Source: Bradymonadia bacterium (GTDB lineage Bacteria > Myxococcota_A > Bradymonadia > UBA7976 > UBA1532). Taken from it: a DNA stretch of 64,000 nt. The stretch is from NCBI GenBank assembly GCA_046290225.1, contig JBKAGE010000035.1, positions 224,001 through 288,000 on the forward strand. The letters are read 5' to 3'. Numbering within the stretch: position 1 is the stretch's first letter; every line of letters starts with the position of its first letter. Below, piece by piece: positions 1 to 13,841 of this stretch. Made by a program: the position numbers and the translations under genes. The notes under the pieces were generated by a model. It searched no databases, had not been told where the DNA came from, and saw nothing but the letters and a program-made list of their open reading frames with translations.

Positions 1-1226
<1,226 letters not shown>

Positions 1227-1259
1227 ATGCTGGTCTCTCCTCGAAGCGATGATGTTCGC

Positions 1260-3089
1260 TCAGGTGACGATCCCATAGTCACGGATCTTCTTGTACAGCG
1301 TGCTGCGATCGATGGCGAGCAGGGCTGCAGCTTGTGCTTTGTTCCCTCGAGTGTGGGCCAGAGCCCGCTCGATGGCCCGCTGCTCAGCCTGCTTGAGGGT
1401 GAGCAGCGGAGCCTCTGACGCCGGTGTGGGCATGTGATGCCCCATGGCGCTCGGTGGGGTGATCTGGGCCATCTCCTGGGTGCGGCTGTGGTTCTCCACG
1501 ACCTCCAGGGGCAGATCTTCCAGACGCAGAGTGGCGCCTTCGCCGAGCACCAGGGCCCGCTCGACGACGTTGCGCAGCTCTCGGATGTTGCCGGGCCACC
1601 GATAAGCCACCAGGGCATCGAGGGCCATGGGATCGACGGCCTGCACACGGCGGCTGGATCCTCGACGCAAGAAGTGATGCACCAACGCGGGGATGTCTTC
1701 GCGTCGATCCCGCAGTGGGGGCAACTTCAGCTGAAGCACCTGCAGCCGGTAATAGAGATCGGCGCGGAATCGCCCTTCGTGGGCCATGGCCTTGAGATCT
1801 CGGTTCGTCGCCGCCACCACCCGCACGTCCACGGTCACTGTTTTGGTGCCACCTACCCGCTCGAAGCGGCTCTCCTCGAGCACCCGCAGGAACCGCGCTT
1901 GGCTCGCCAGGGGCAGCTCGCCGATCTCGTCGAGGAACAAGGTGCCACCGTGGGCTTGCTCGAAGCGGCCCGCCTTCTGCGTCGTGGCCCCGGTGAAGGC
2001 GCCTTTCTCGTGACCAAAGAGCTCCGACTCGATGAGCGACTCGGCCAGGGCCGCGCAGTTCACCGCCACGAAGGGCTGCTCCGCCCGGCCACTCCCCTGA
2101 TGGATCGAGCGGGCCACCACCTCTTTCCCCGTACCCGATTCACCTGTGAGGAGGACCGTGCTCGGGGTGGGGGCCACTTTGCCGATGAACGAGATCACAG
2201 GTTGCAGCGCCGGCGCCTGCCCCACGAAGGCGTGACCACCGGAGAGCTCCGCCCTCAGCCGGGCATTCTCTGCCTTGAGCACCGTGGCGTGGGCCATGTT
2301 GTCCAGCGCGAGGCCTGCTTGCTGAGCCAGAGCCGTGAGCAGGCTCAAGTCGGCCTCGGTGAACCCCTGGCCGCTTTCGGTCATGGCGCCAGCGAGAGCC
2401 AGTAGACCCAGCGTGCGCCCCTTGCTCACCAACGGCGCCGCCATCACCGGCACCTCACCGAGGCCCTGCGAGATCACCGCAGTGACACTGTGGCCCCCCT
2501 GCATCACCCGAGCGCGGAGCGCTGGCCCCAGGGGCACCTGACCTCGGCTGGGGCGGGCCTCGTCGTCGGCGATCTCCATCTTCAGTCGGGTGCCCGGCAG
2601 CACCTCGGCCACGCCCACCTCGATGGCCGTACACAGCTCGGCCCGATCGATCGCGAGAGACAAACGCTCCGCAAAGCGGTACACCCCAGCGAGACGGCTG
2701 CGCTCTCCAGGGTGCACCTCCGTGAGGCCCTTGATCTCCAGCGTGATGGTCGATTGCTTGCGCTGACCGCCGAGGGTGGTCTCTTGACCGCCATGATCCA
2801 CGAAGGCGAGCGTGGTCACGCCGATGTGGATGCGATCCCCATCTTCGAGGGAATGAGATGCCGTCGGGGCGTCGTTCACCACCGTGCGGTTGCGGCTGCC
2901 CAAATCGACCAGCCGCCACCGGTTGCCCCCGGGCGCGCTCGGGTCGGGCACGATCTGAAAATGAGACCGGCTCACAGTGCGATCAGAGAGCTTGATCTGG
3001 CAGTCGTCCCCCCGGCCGACCACAGAGGGCCCGCTCAGGGTAAACGAGCTTCCGGCATCAGGTCCGGCGAGGATGATGAGGTGGGCCAT
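1260..3089 (-). CDS. FHA-GAF-AAA+ sigma-54 enhancer-binding protein with Fis-type HTH
   Basis: FHA motifs ([14 protein letters not shown]), GAF-like middle region, [23 protein letters not shown]-terminal [20 protein letters not shown]. Confidence 0.93.
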   Translation of the reverse strand: MAHLIILAGPDAGSSFTLSGPSVVGRGDDCQIKLSDRTVSRSHFQIVPDPSAPGGNRWRLVDLGSRNRTVVNDAPTASHSLEDGDRIHIGVTTLAFVDHGGQETTLGGQRKQSTITLEIKGLTEVHPGERSRLAGVYRFAERLSLAIDRAELCTAIEVGVAEVLPGTRLKMEIADDEARPSRGQVPLGPALRARVMQGGHSVTAVISQGLGEVPVMAAPLVSKGRTLGLLALAGAMTESGQGFTEADLSLLTALAQQAGLALDNMAHATVLKAENARLRAELSGGHAFVGQAPALQPVISFIGKVAPTPSTVLLTGESGTGKEVVARSIHQGSGRAEQPFVAVNCAALAESLIESELFGHEKGAFTGATTQKAGRFEQAHGGTLFLDEIGELPLASQARFLRVLEESRFERVGGTKTVTVDVRVVAATNRDLKAMAHEGRFRADLYYRLQVLQLKLPPLRDRREDIPALVHHFLRRGSSRRVQAVDPMALDALVAYRWPGNIRELRNVVERALVLGEGATLRLEDLPLEVVENHSRTQEMAQITPPSAMGHHMPTPASEAPLLTLKQAEQRAIERALAHTRGNKAQAAALLAIDRSTLYKKIRDYGIVT

Positions 3090-3105
3090 GGTGGAGTGGT
3101 ATAAG

Positions 3106-4071
3106 ATGCCGCCCCGCGCCGCGTCAACGGAGGGTGAGTTGCATCACCGAGACCAGAAATCACGCCTGCGCGCCCTCAGTGGCGCCTCTTTCGCAGCGAT
3201 CGCCATCGTCGGCGCGCCTGCTCTGATCTGCATGCTCGGCGGCACCGCCAGCGCCCAATCGGTCATCTCGCCACGGGCCGTGGGCATGGGCAACGCCGTG
3301 AGGGCTGATCCACGAAACAACAGCGCCCTCATCATCAACCCTGCGGGCATGAGCCGTGACTATGTCTATGCCGCCCAGTTCGGGTACGCCCGGAGCAACG
3401 CGTCGAAGGCCAACGTCGGGCAACTCAACGTCGTCGACTCCCGCACCCAGCCCGCTCTGGCCATGGGCGTGGCCTACGGGTACGGCTTCGCCGACAACAA
3501 CGCCCCTGTCGAAGAGGGCGGTCACGACGTGCGGGTGGGCTTCTCCACGGCCCCGAGCGATCGCGTCAGCATCGGTGTGGCGCTGCACTACCTCAGCCTC
3601 ACCCGCAAAGATCCGATCGAAGATCTCAACGCCTTCACCCTCGACGCGGGCCTGCTCATGCAGCTCACCGATCAGATCAACCTCGGTCTTGTGGGGCACA
3701 ACATCGCCCCCACCGATGATCCCGGGTTCCCCACCGAGGTGGGTGGTGGCCTCGCCTTCGTCGACCAGCGGTTCACCCTCGGCGTCGACGTGGTGGTCAA
3801 CGTCACCCCCGAGCGCCCTGAAGGCTCTGAAGAAGAGGAGTCGCCCAAGCCCCGCATCATGGCCGGGGCAGAGTTCCTGCTTCAGGACAGCGTGCCCCTG
3901 CGGGTGGGCTACGAGCGCGACCAGACCCAGGAGGCCGACTTCGTCACCGGCGGCCTCGGCTTCATCATGAGCGATAAGGGCGGCGGCGGTCAGATCAACA
4001 TCGGCTACCGTCACAACCTCACCGTGAGCGACGACTTCCAGCTCGTCGCCGGCATCACGTTGTTCCTCTGA
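3106..4071 (+). CDS. Putative outer-membrane beta-barrel protein (PorV/FadL-like); start uncertain
   Basis: Signal-peptide-like segment, RAVGMG and ALIINPAGM motifs typical of FadL/PorV-type barrels, amphipathic strands, hydrophobic C-terminus. Confidence 0.6.
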   Translation: MPPRAASTEGELHHRDQKSRLRALSGASFAAIAIVGAPALICMLGGTASAQSVISPRAVGMGNAVRADPRNNSALIINPAGMSRDYVYAAQFGYARSNASKANVGQLNVVDSRTQPALAMGVAYGYGFADNNAPVEEGGHDVRVGFSTAPSDRVSIGVALHYLSLTRKDPIEDLNAFTLDAGLLMQLTDQINLGLVGHNIAPTDDPGFPTEVGGGLAFVDQRFTLGVDVVVNVTPERPEGSEEEESPKPRIMAGAEFLLQDSVPLRVGYERDQTQEADFVTGGLGFIMSDKGGGGQINIGYRHNLTVSDDFQLVAGITLFL

Positions 4072-4367
4072 TGTCTTCCGAGCTGCCCTGGGAAGCGTGG
4101 CTGTACGGCAGCCTGCTCTTCATCTCGATCCACTTCGGGCCGCCGCTCTACGGCATTGTGCACTACACCGCCGACGGTCCCCTGCGCACCGCGCGGCTCA
4201 AAGGCATGGCCACTTTGTGCCTGGCCCTCGCCGTGCTCGGCATCGGCGGCGGGTTCTTGCTGTCGAAGATCCACCTCGGCCTCACCTTCGGCCTCGCCCT
4301 CGCCATACTCGCCGCGCCATACGCTGTTGTCTGGCAATATCGGCGCCTGGCGCTCACCGGCGGGTGA
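4071..4367 (+). CDS. Small integral membrane protein
   Basis: 98 aa with about three hydrophobic segments; TGATG overlap with upstream stop. Confidence 0.6.
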   Translation: MSSELPWEAWLYGSLLFISIHFGPPLYGIVHYTADGPLRTARLKGMATLCLALAVLGIGGGFLLSKIHLGLTFGLALAILAAPYAVVWQYRRLALTGG

Positions 4368-4428
4368 GGCGAACAATGGCGAAAAGCCATGACTTCTCGC
4401 GCTTCAGAAAAACACTTCAAGAAATCGC

Positions 4429-4466
4429 TTGACGCCTCGCGTCTCAACCCGATAGGTTTCCGCGCG
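4429..4466 (+). promoter_or_regulatory. Sigma-70-type promoter of the tRNA cluster
   Basis: TTGACG (4429-4434), 18 bp spacer, TAGGTT (4453-4458), then a GC-rich discriminator-like CCGCGCGC just upstream of tRNA-Pro. Confidence 0.6.
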
Positions 4467-4491
4467 CTCTGATGGGAGCCAAGCACTACAC

Positions 4492-4568
4492 CGGGGTGTA
4501 GCGCAGTCTGGTAGCGCACCAGTTTTGGGTACTGGTGGTCGGAGGTTCAAATCCTCTCACCCCGACCA
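4492..4568 (+). tRNA. tRNA-Pro(UGG)
   Basis: Cloverleaf; anticodon arm CCAGT-TTTGGGT-ACTGG; GTTCAAATC T-loop; encoded CCA. Confidence 0.97.
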
Positions 4569-4700
4569 TATCCCACCAGGGTCTTTGTTCACCCGTTGGG
4601 GTGATGTTCTTTGACAGGATCAACGTTGGTTTTGACCAGGTCTGATTTGGGGCCTGGCGAGTACCTGGCAAACAGCCTGGCAAGCCTCCCAGTTTTGTGG

Positions 4701-4773
4701 GCGCCTGTAGCTCAGTGGATAGAGCAGCGGCCTTCTAAGCCGACGGTCGCAGGTTCGAATCCTGCCAGGCGTG
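4701..4773 (+). tRNA. tRNA-Arg(UCU)
   Basis: GCGCCTG/CAGGCGT acceptor, anticodon loop CTTCTAA, GTTCGAATC; no encoded CCA. Confidence 0.95.
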
Positions 4774-4774
4774 C

Positions 4775-4851
<77 letters not shown>

Positions 4852-4863
4852 TTTTTTCTTTGT

Positions 4864-4937
4864 GCACCCGTAGCTCAGCTGGATAGAGCGTCGGACTTCG
4901 AATCCGCAGGTCGCAGGTTCGAATCCTGCCGGGTGTG
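4864..4937 (+). tRNA. tRNA-Arg(UCG)
   Basis: GCACCCG/CGGGTGT acceptor, loop CTTCGAA, GTTCGAATC. Confidence 0.93.
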
Positions 4938-4945
4938 CATCGTGT

Positions 4946-5017
4946 GGGCCATTAGCTCAATGGCAGAGCAACGGACTCTTAATCCGCAGGTTGTAGGTTC
5001 GACTCCTACATGGCCCA
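4946..5017 (+). tRNA. tRNA-Lys(CUU), copy 1
   Basis: GGGCCAT/ATGGCCC acceptor, loop CTCTTAA; followed by CTA rather than CCA. Confidence 0.95.
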
Positions 5018-5131
5018 CTACCCTTTCTTCTGGCCTTTTTCTCGCCTCACCCATGTGTGTTCTGTCTTTGGCAGGCGCACATCTTACCTCGGTCGATCCC
5101 CCGTCCACCGTCCTCGACGTTCATCTTGTGT

Positions 5132-5206
5132 GGGCCATTAGCTCAATGGCAGAGCAACGGACTCTTAATCCGCAGGTTGTAGGTTCGACTCCTACATGGC
5201 CCACCA
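5132..5206 (+). tRNA. tRNA-Lys(CUU), copy 2
   Basis: Same body as copy 1, with encoded CCA. Confidence 0.96.
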
Positions 5207-5260
5207 TTTTTTCCATCTGACCCTCGTCGTGGCAGCTGGAGATTTGACGTTGCGTCACGG

Positions 5261-5343
5261 GCGAGGGTGGCGGAACTGGTAGACGCGCTGGATTTAGGTT
5301 CCAGTGGTTTTTGACCGTGGGGGTTCAAGTCCCCCCCCTCGCA
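5261..5343 (+). tRNA. tRNA-Leu(UAG)
   Basis: Anticodon arm CTGGA-TTTAGGT-TCCAG, long variable arm, A73; tRNA-Leu upstream of tig is a common arrangement. Confidence 0.96.
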
Positions 5344-5409
5344 CATCATGCTCTTGCTTCGATGCATTTGCCCATCTATCCAACCCCCTGATCCTGGCAG
5401 TTTTTCATC

Positions 5410-6768
5410 ATGCAGGTCCAAATCCAGTCAGAGAGCGCCGTCCACCGGCGGGTCGAGATCACCGTCCCCGCCGCCGTGGTGAACAAGCAGGTCCAGGCGG
5501 CTTACAGCCGTCTCGCCAAGCGGGTCAACATCCCCGGTTTTCGTCGGGGCAAGGTGCCCATGAGCGTGCTGCGCAAGCGCTACCAGGGTCAGGTGGTCGC
5601 CGACGTCACCAACCAGATCGTCGACGATGCATGGCAGAGCGCCATGGAGCAGCACAACATCACCCCCGTGGCACGCCCCGAGTGGGAGGTGGGCCCCATC
5701 AAGCCTTCCGAAGAGTACAGCTTCACCGTGAAGGTGGAGGTTCCCCCCGACATCGAGCTGAAGCCCTTCGAAGAGCTCGCCATCGAGATGGACGAGTACA
5801 CCTTCGAGGACAGCCACATCGAGCATGAGCTCGAGCACCTGCTTGAGCAGGCCGTCGAGTGGCAGACCATCGAGGATCGCGACGTCGCCGAGACCGGTGA
5901 TCGCATCGTCTTCGATTTCAACGGCAGCATCGACGACGTGCCCTTCGAGGGCGGCACCGCTCAGGGCGTCACCCTCGAGCTCGGCAGCGGCCAGTTCATC
6001 CCTGGCTTCGAGGAGCAGGTCGTCGGCAAGAAGGTGGGCGAAGACTTCACCATCGACGTCACCTTCCCCGAGGACTACCACGCCGATCAGCTGGCCGGTC
6101 AGGCCGCTCAGTTCGCCTGCAAGATCCACGAGCTCAAGGGCAAGGTGACCCCCGAGCTCGACGACGAGCTGGCCAAGAAGTTCGGCGCCGAAGACGTGGA
6201 AGACCTGCGGACCAAGGTCCGCGACGGCTTCGCCAACCGTTGGGAGAACGTGGCCAAGCGCGACGTCTTCGACGAGCTGCGGGGCCTCGTGGGCAAGCAG
6301 TACGACTTCGAGCTGCCCCCCACCCTCTTCGAGCGTCGTATCGAAGAGCTCAAGCAGCAGCAGGCCCAGGCCGAAGCCCAAAAGGCTGCGCAGGGTGAAT
6401 CCGGCGAGGAGGGCGAGGCGTCTTCCGATGAGGCCAAGAGCGAGGAGCAGCTCAAAGCCGACGCCGAGATCGAGCTGCGTTGTGAACTGGTTCTGGACAC
6501 CATCGTGGATCAGAACAACATTGAAGCCGACGAGCGCGAGATCAACGCCGCCATCGAGGCCACTGTTCAGCAGATGCCCCAGATGGCGATGCAGCTCCGT
6601 CAGTACTTCCGTCGTCCGGAACAAAGGGCTGGAATCGCCCGTTCGATCCGTCACGACAAGGCGCTCGATCTCGTGCTATCGAAAGCCACTGTGACCCGGA
6701 ACCCCAAGGCGGTTCCTGAGCATAACCACGATCACGATCACGACGATCACGATCACGATAACGACTGA
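5410..6768 (+). CDS. tig: Trigger factor
   Basis: [10 protein letters not shown] ribosome-binding motif, FKBP domain ([18 protein letters not shown]), tig-clpP-clpX-lon synteny. Confidence 0.97.
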   Translation: MQVQIQSESAVHRRVEITVPAAVVNKQVQAAYSRLAKRVNIPGFRRGKVPMSVLRKRYQGQVVADVTNQIVDDAWQSAMEQHNITPVARPEWEVGPIKPSEEYSFTVKVEVPPDIELKPFEELAIEMDEYTFEDSHIEHELEHLLEQAVEWQTIEDRDVAETGDRIVFDFNGSIDDVPFEGGTAQGVTLELGSGQFIPGFEEQVVGKKVGEDFTIDVTFPEDYHADQLAGQAAQFACKIHELKGKVTPELDDELAKKFGAEDVEDLRTKVRDGFANRWENVAKRDVFDELRGLVGKQYDFELPPTLFERRIEELKQQQAQAEAQKAAQGESGEEGEASSDEAKSEEQLKADAEIELRCELVLDTIVDQNNIEADEREINAAIEATVQQMPQMAMQLRQYFRRPEQRAGIARSIRHDKALDLVLSKATVTRNPKAVPEHNHDHDHDDHDHDND

Positions 6769-6817
6769 TTCGGGCACCGATGAGGGCTCGAATCTTCGGC
6801 GTTCAAGGAAGACACCG

Positions 6818-7468
<651 letters not shown>

Positions 7469-7763
7469 TCAGCATCTGCTCGGTGATCGAGCAGACACCC
7501 GCTCAAACCCGGCGACCTCAACCGTCCTGGCGTGTCTGACCCTTGGGGTTTATGCCCCAGTGTATTTTGGGACACTGCATTTTGGGACATTGTCTTCTGG
7601 GCCCACGTGCTTAGGGATGATCCGTTGGCGTCGGACTGAGAGGACCTCTGAAGGGTCAATCTCGACGAGCCCTTCAGGTCTCCCCCCCTCGGGACCGAAC
7701 ATACATCTTATAGCCCTATGCGGGTTCGACCGAGCGTCGAGCCCCGACCCATCGAGGTGATCG

Positions 7764-9020
<1,257 letters not shown>

Positions 9021-9102
9021 GCCCCAGGGCAAGCCTCTAAACTCGCCAACATTTTGACTCTTCTGATGTACCGACAGCGCTGATCACAGAGAGCAAAGCG
9101 AT

Positions 9103-11550
9103 ATGTCCATGTTCTTCAAGAGCGACGACCCCAATCAACAGACCCGTACACTCCCGCTGCTGCCGCTGCGGGACATCATCGTGTTTCCGCACATGGTGGT
9201 GCCACTCTTCGTGGGCCGGGAGAAGTCGATCAACAGCCTCGAAGAGGCCATGGCCACCGGTAAAGATCTGCTCCTCGCGGCGCAGAAGATGGCCAAGACG
9301 AACGACCCGAAGCCTGAAGACATCTTCAGCGTGGGTACGATCGGCACCATCATCCAGCTGCTGCGACTGCCCGACGGCACCGTGAAGGTGCTCATCGAGG
9401 GCAAGCGCCGGGCCCGCATCACGAACTATGTGGAGACCCAGGAGCTCTTCAAGGTCGAGGCGGAGGAGATCGAGGAGAAGATCTCCAAGAACGTGGAGCT
9501 CGAGGCGCTGATGCGTCAGGTGCACGCCACCTTCGAGAACTACGTCAAGCTCAACAAGCGGATCCCCCCGGAGATGCAGGTAGCGGTGTCGAGCATCGAC
9601 GATCCGGCGAAGCTCGCCGACTCCATCGTGGCTCACCTGAACCTGAAGCTCTCCGACAAGCAGGGCATTCTGGAGACCGAAGATCCTGCGGTGCGCCTCG
9701 AGAAGCTCTATGAGCTGATGCAGTCGGAGATCGAGATTTTGCAGGTCGAGAAGAAGATCCGCAGCCGGGTGAAGAAGCAGATGGAGAAGTCCCAGAAAGA
9801 GTACTACCTGAATGAGCAGATGCAGGCCATTCAGAAGGAGCTCGGGGACCGTGATGAGTTCAAGAACGAGCTGCAAGAGCTCGAAGAACGCATCAACAAC
9901 AAGAAGATGCCCAAAGAGGCAAACATCAAGATCCGCAAAGAGCTGAAGAAGCTCAAGATGATGAGCCCGATGAGCGCCGAGGCGACCGTCGTGCGCAACT
10001 ACATCGACTGGATCTTGTCCCTGCCTTGGTACAACACCAGCACCGACAAGGCCGACATCGAGGCCGCTGCGGAGATCCTCGACGCGGATCACTATGGGCT
10101 GCGCAAGCCCAAGGATCGCATCCTGGAGTACCTGGCTGTTTACGGCCTCGTAGAGAAGATGCAGGGCCCCGTGCTTTGCATGGTGGGCCCCCCCGGTGTG
10201 GGTAAGACCTCACTGGCCCGCTCCATCGCCCGCTGCACCGGCCGCGAGTTCGTGCGTCTGGCCCTTGGTGGTGTACGCGACGAGGCTGAGATCCGCGGTC
10301 ACCGCCGTACGTACATCGGCGCCATGCCCGGCAAGATCATCCAGAGCCTCAAGAAGGCCGGCACCAGCAACCCGGTCATCCTGCTCGACGAGATCGACAA
10401 GATGAGCACCGACTTCCGTGGTGATCCGTCTTCGGCTCTGCTCGAGGTGCTCGATCCGGAGCAGAACGACAGCTTCAACGATCACTACCTCGATCTCGAC
10501 TACGACCTGTCACAGGTGATGTTCATCACCACGGCGAACAACATCCACGGCATCCCCCTGCCCCTGCAGGACCGCCTCGAGATCATCTCGCTCTCGGGCT
10601 ACACCGAGTACGAGAAGCTCAACATCTCCAAGCGCTACCTGGTGCCCAAGCAGATGGAGCGCAACGGCATCGAGAAGGCCAACGTGCAGTGGACCGACGC
10701 CTCGCTGCAGCTTCTCATCAACCGCTACACCCGCGAGAGCGGGGTGCGTAGCCTCGAGCGTGAGGTGGCGGGTGTTTGCCGCAAGGTGGCAAAGGATCTC
10801 CTGACCTTCCGCAACGACGGCAACGACGTGGAAGACTTCGAAATGAAGATCTCCACGCGGCAGGTGCAGAAGTACATGGGTCCGCCGAAGTTCAAGTTCG
10901 GCAAGACCGAGGGCCAGGACGAGATCGGCCTGGTGAATGGTCTGGCCTGGACCATGGTGGGCGGCAACATCCTGCACACCGAGGTCTCGATGATGCCCGG
11001 TAAGGGCAAGCTGATCATCACCGGCAAGCTCGGTGACGTGATGCAGGAGTCGGCTCAGGCGGCCATGAGCTACGTGCGCAGCCGCGCCGAGGCTCTGGGC
11101 CTTAAGGGCGACTTCTACCAGGACGTCGACCTGCACATTCACTTCCCCGAAGGCGCGATCCCCAAGGACGGCCCTTCGGCGGGCATCACCATGGCCACGG
11201 CCCTGGTGTCGGCCCTGTGCAAGCTCCCGGCCCGCCACGACGTGGCCATGACCGGTGAGATCACGCTCCGCGGTCGAGTGCTGCCCATCGGCGGCCTCAA
11301 GGAGAAGGTGCTGGCGGCCCACCGCGGTGGCATCCGCACGGTCATCATCCCCAAGGAGAACAAGAAGGACATCAAGGACATCCCGCAGCGGGTGCGCAAC
11401 GTGATGCGCATCGTGCTGGCGGAGCACGCCGATGAGGTCCTGACTGAGGCGCTGCGCCACGAGGGCCAGCTCTGGAAGGGCACTGAGGCGGCGAAGATGG
11501 ACGAGGCTGCGAACCCGCCCATCGAGAAGGGTCAGGTGCCCTCGGTCTGA
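9103..11550 (+). CDS. lon: Lon protease
   Basis: LPLRD N-domain, [26 protein letters not shown] catalytic Ser, GGLKEK. Confidence 0.98.
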   Translation: MSMFFKSDDPNQQTRTLPLLPLRDIIVFPHMVVPLFVGREKSINSLEEAMATGKDLLLAAQKMAKTNDPKPEDIFSVGTIGTIIQLLRLPDGTVKVLIEGKRRARITNYVETQELFKVEAEEIEEKISKNVELEALMRQVHATFENYVKLNKRIPPEMQVAVSSIDDPAKLADSIVAHLNLKLSDKQGILETEDPAVRLEKLYELMQSEIEILQVEKKIRSRVKKQMEKSQKEYYLNEQMQAIQKELGDRDEFKNELQELEERINNKKMPKEANIKIRKELKKLKMMSPMSAEATVVRNYIDWILSLPWYNTSTDKADIEAAAEILDADHYGLRKPKDRILEYLAVYGLVEKMQGPVLCMVGPPGVGKTSLARSIARCTGREFVRLALGGVRDEAEIRGHRRTYIGAMPGKIIQSLKKAGTSNPVILLDEIDKMSTDFRGDPSSALLEVLDPEQNDSFNDHYLDLDYDLSQVMFITTANNIHGIPLPLQDRLEIISLSGYTEYEKLNISKRYLVPKQMERNGIEKANVQWTDASLQLLINRYTRESGVRSLEREVAGVCRKVAKDLLTFRNDGNDVEDFEMKISTRQVQKYMGPPKFKFGKTEGQDEIGLVNGLAWTMVGGNILHTEVSMMPGKGKLIITGKLGDVMQESAQAAMSYVRSRAEALGLKGDFYQDVDLHIHFPEGAIPKDGPSAGITMATALVSALCKLPARHDVAMTGEITLRGRVLPIGGLKEKVLAAHRGGIRTVIIPKENKKDIKDIPQRVRNVMRIVLAEHADEVLTEALRHEGQLWKGTEAAKMDEAANPPIEKGQVPSV

Positions 11551-11679
11551 GCGGACGACCGTGCCTTCGGCACCGTCTGTAGCGGACGGCCGTGCTGCGC
11601 ACCGCCTGTAGCGGACGCCTCGCCTTCGGCGAGAGCTGTAGCGGACGCCGAGTCTGCCTTCGGCAGCCTGAGCTGTAGC
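11546..11679 (+). repeat. REP/BIME-like tandem array of four hairpin units
   Basis: CTG(T)AGCGGACG at 11547, 11577, 11606 and 11636, partial at 11673; each unit is followed by a short stem-loop, three with CTTCGG. Confidence 0.8.
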
Positions 11680-11726
11680 TTTTTAAGAGAGTTGAGGGGG
11701 TGTTGAGCCCCCACCTGCCTTGTTCT

Positions 11727-12248
11727 TCAGTTCAGCCTTATCTTCAGATTCATCTCCTGCTTCATGTGCAGCAGCGCCTCGGCGTTGCCCCGCGCGTCGT
11801 CCACCGGATGGTGGGTGTGCTTTGTTTTGCGCAGGTGCTTGAAGGTCTTGAAGGTGTCACCCACGAGACCTTTGTAGAGCGAGCCCAGGTTCTGGGAGCT
11901 GAAGCCGAAAGGGTTGTGGCCCAGGAAGTGGTGGAAGTACCAGTTCACGAAGCCCCAATCGAAGCCGTTGTTGTCGGAGATGAAGAGCTTGCGCCCTCGA
12001 CACTCAGCTTCGAGCCATTCGGCAAACTGCGCCATGACAGCAGCAGGCTCGGGGAATGCCAGGGTCTGCTCCCGGGTGAAGCCGCTCACGGCGAGGGCCT
12101 CGGGGATCCATCGATCCGAGATGGGCTGTAGCTGACCATAGAAGGTCCGGCTGAGCCCAGGCTCGACGATCACCGCGCCAAAGCACACCATGGAGTAGTC
12201 ACCGGGAATCGGACCGTCCGATTCGATATCGACCATTACGTAACTCAT
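11727..12248 (-). CDS. DEDDh 3'-5' exo(ribo)nuclease, RNase AS/Rv2179c-like
   Basis: Start reassigned to MSYVMVDIESDGP (ATG at 12248); DIE, FD and HHPVDDA catalytic pattern. Confidence 0.85.
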   Translation of the reverse strand: MSYVMVDIESDGPIPGDYSMVCFGAVIVEPGLSRTFYGQLQPISDRWIPEALAVSGFTREQTLAFPEPAAVMAQFAEWLEAECRGRKLFISDNNGFDWGFVNWYFHHFLGHNPFGFSSQNLGSLYKGLVGDTFKTFKHLRKTKHTHHPVDDARGNAEALLHMKQEMNLKIRLN

Positions 12249-12278
12249 GGCTGCATTGGGCCACAGGGGGAGCGCGCA

Positions 12279-13301
12279 GTGCCAGGACACGATCTCGGAC
12301 ATGGTCCGCCGACGGGCCTCGACTGGAAGCAGTACGTGAGCCACTTCGTCGCCGAGGCAGGTGGGTGGGCGGCTCTGGCGGATACTTTCGTGGACCGCGC
12401 GGCTGGTGTGGTCGACACCCCGCTGGACATTCAGTCTGTAGAGAAGGGTCTGCGTCGACTGGCGGCGAGGGCGCACCGCCCAGGTGGCCAGTACGGGCGC
12501 TGGATGCTGCGCTTCTTCGGCGTGCCGTCAGAGGCCGAGATCTGGGCCCGCTGGCTCGCTCAGTATCACGGCCGGTTTGCCGACTTGCCCACGTCAGTTC
12601 GACTCGAGCAGCTGCGGCAGTGGGATCGACCGCCGGTGTCGGAGTCGCCGGTGGCGGCCTGGGTTCACGTGGGGATGGCGTCGGTGCACCATCGCATGCG
12701 GGATCTCGACGCGTGCACTGGGAGATTGGCAGCAGCCATGCGCGTGGCTCGCAACGCGGGGGCTGCTGCGCAATCGGAGATCAAACTGCTGCAGGCTCGC
12801 ATCGCCACCGACGGCCGGGATCGCGACGTGGCTTGCCAGCTCTTCGACGAGGTCGATGCGCTCATTGGCAACGACACGCTCACGGCGACTGATCGTCTCT
12901 GTTACCGCGCCCGGCTCAACGGCCAGCGCGCCTACCACCTCACCAGGCCTTTGCCGGGTGACACGGCTGACTATGCAGGCGCCATCGAGCTGTTCGAGGC
13001 CATCGAAGAAGATCCGATGGTGCCCTTTGCGTGTTTCAGGCGAAATTCAGGGCTCGCGTGGTGCACCTGGAAGCTCGGAGACGCCGCTGAAGGTGCCCGG
13101 CTTGCACAGATCGCAGCAGAATATGCCGGGGATGGGGGCTTCATCCGGTTTCGGATCATGGCCCTCAACATGCTGAGTCAGATGGTGACCCCAAAAGAGG
13201 GCCGCGAGATCACTCAGAGAGCGACGCGGCTGGCCAAAATGCTCGAAGACGACGACCTGCTGGCTCGGGTGGCTCATCGAATTCGAGCGTTGGGGCGCTG
13301 A
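12279..13301 (+). CDS. Hypothetical protein with alpha-helical TPR-like C-terminus
   Basis: 340 aa ORF with GGGGAG RBS and an Ala-rich helical-repeat pattern. Confidence 0.65.
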   Translation: MPGHDLGHGPPTGLDWKQYVSHFVAEAGGWAALADTFVDRAAGVVDTPLDIQSVEKGLRRLAARAHRPGGQYGRWMLRFFGVPSEAEIWARWLAQYHGRFADLPTSVRLEQLRQWDRPPVSESPVAAWVHVGMASVHHRMRDLDACTGRLAAAMRVARNAGAAAQSEIKLLQARIATDGRDRDVACQLFDEVDALIGNDTLTATDRLCYRARLNGQRAYHLTRPLPGDTADYAGAIELFEAIEEDPMVPFACFRRNSGLAWCTWKLGDAAEGARLAQIAAEYAGDGGFIRFRIMALNMLSQMVTPKEGREITQRATRLAKMLEDDDLLARVAHRIRALGR

Positions 13302-13318
13302 GCGCACACATGCACGTG

Positions 13319-13818
13319 ATGGCTGAGATCTTTGTAGGCAGTCGTCGCTGCGCTCCGCCTGCGTAGGCAGCTGCCGACGGCCGGCCTTCGGCCCGCCTTG
13401 GAGCTGCGTACACGTCGCCACGCTCGCTGGCGCGAGCAGGCCCCCGGGTAGGCAGGGTCGCTCAATGCTGACGCATTGATTGTTCGCTCCCCTGCGTAAA
13501 AAGTCAGATCTGGTGTGGCTTTGAGGGCACCCCCAATGCTGTTGGGGCTTACGCCGAGCCTTGGGACTCTGAGGATTGCAGGTTCGCGGCAGGTCGAATC
13601 CCAGCGGGCATGAGCAACAAGATACAGAAGAAGCTCTTTACGCAGGGGAGCGAGCGAACAGGGCGAAGCCCTGAGCGACCCTGCCTACCCGGAAGGGTGT
13701 CCGCGTAAGCGGATGCCCGAACGTGTACGCGCCAGACGAGGCGGTCCGCAGGACTGGCGAAGGCCTGGCGCCTACGCAGACGGAGCGAAGCGACGACTGC
13801 CTACAAGGGTTCAGCCAT
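13319..13818. mobile_element. Nested palindromic non-coding element, copy A (REPIN/MITE-like)
   Basis: Imperfect inverted arms (ATGGCTGA...TGTAGGCAGTCG / CGACTGCCTACA...TCAGCCAT) around a ~136 bp core; related copy at 60807-61391; lies between convergent genes. Confidence 0.8.
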
Positions 13819-13841
13819 AGCCTTCTTCACAGTCCAGCCCA

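Noticed and set aside
4946..5206. Duplicated tRNA-Lys as attL/attR of an integrated element
   Set aside because: Both copies are full length, about 115 bp apart, and no integrase is nearby. Simple tandem duplication is sufficient.
7564..7589. ATTTTGGGACA direct repeat upstream of clpX
   Set aside because: Only two copies and no recognisable operator consensus, so too weak to call.
11546..11679. Possible mini-CRISPR array
   Set aside because: The constant part is only 12 bp, the variable parts are short, self-complementary and related to each other, and no cas genes are present. A REP-like array fits better.
12249..12476. N-terminal extension of the exonuclease ORF, and likewise 27314-27832 and 26319-26504
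   Set aside because: The extensions overlap neighbouring real genes, and downstream starts match the domain boundaries, RBSs or stop-start overlaps.
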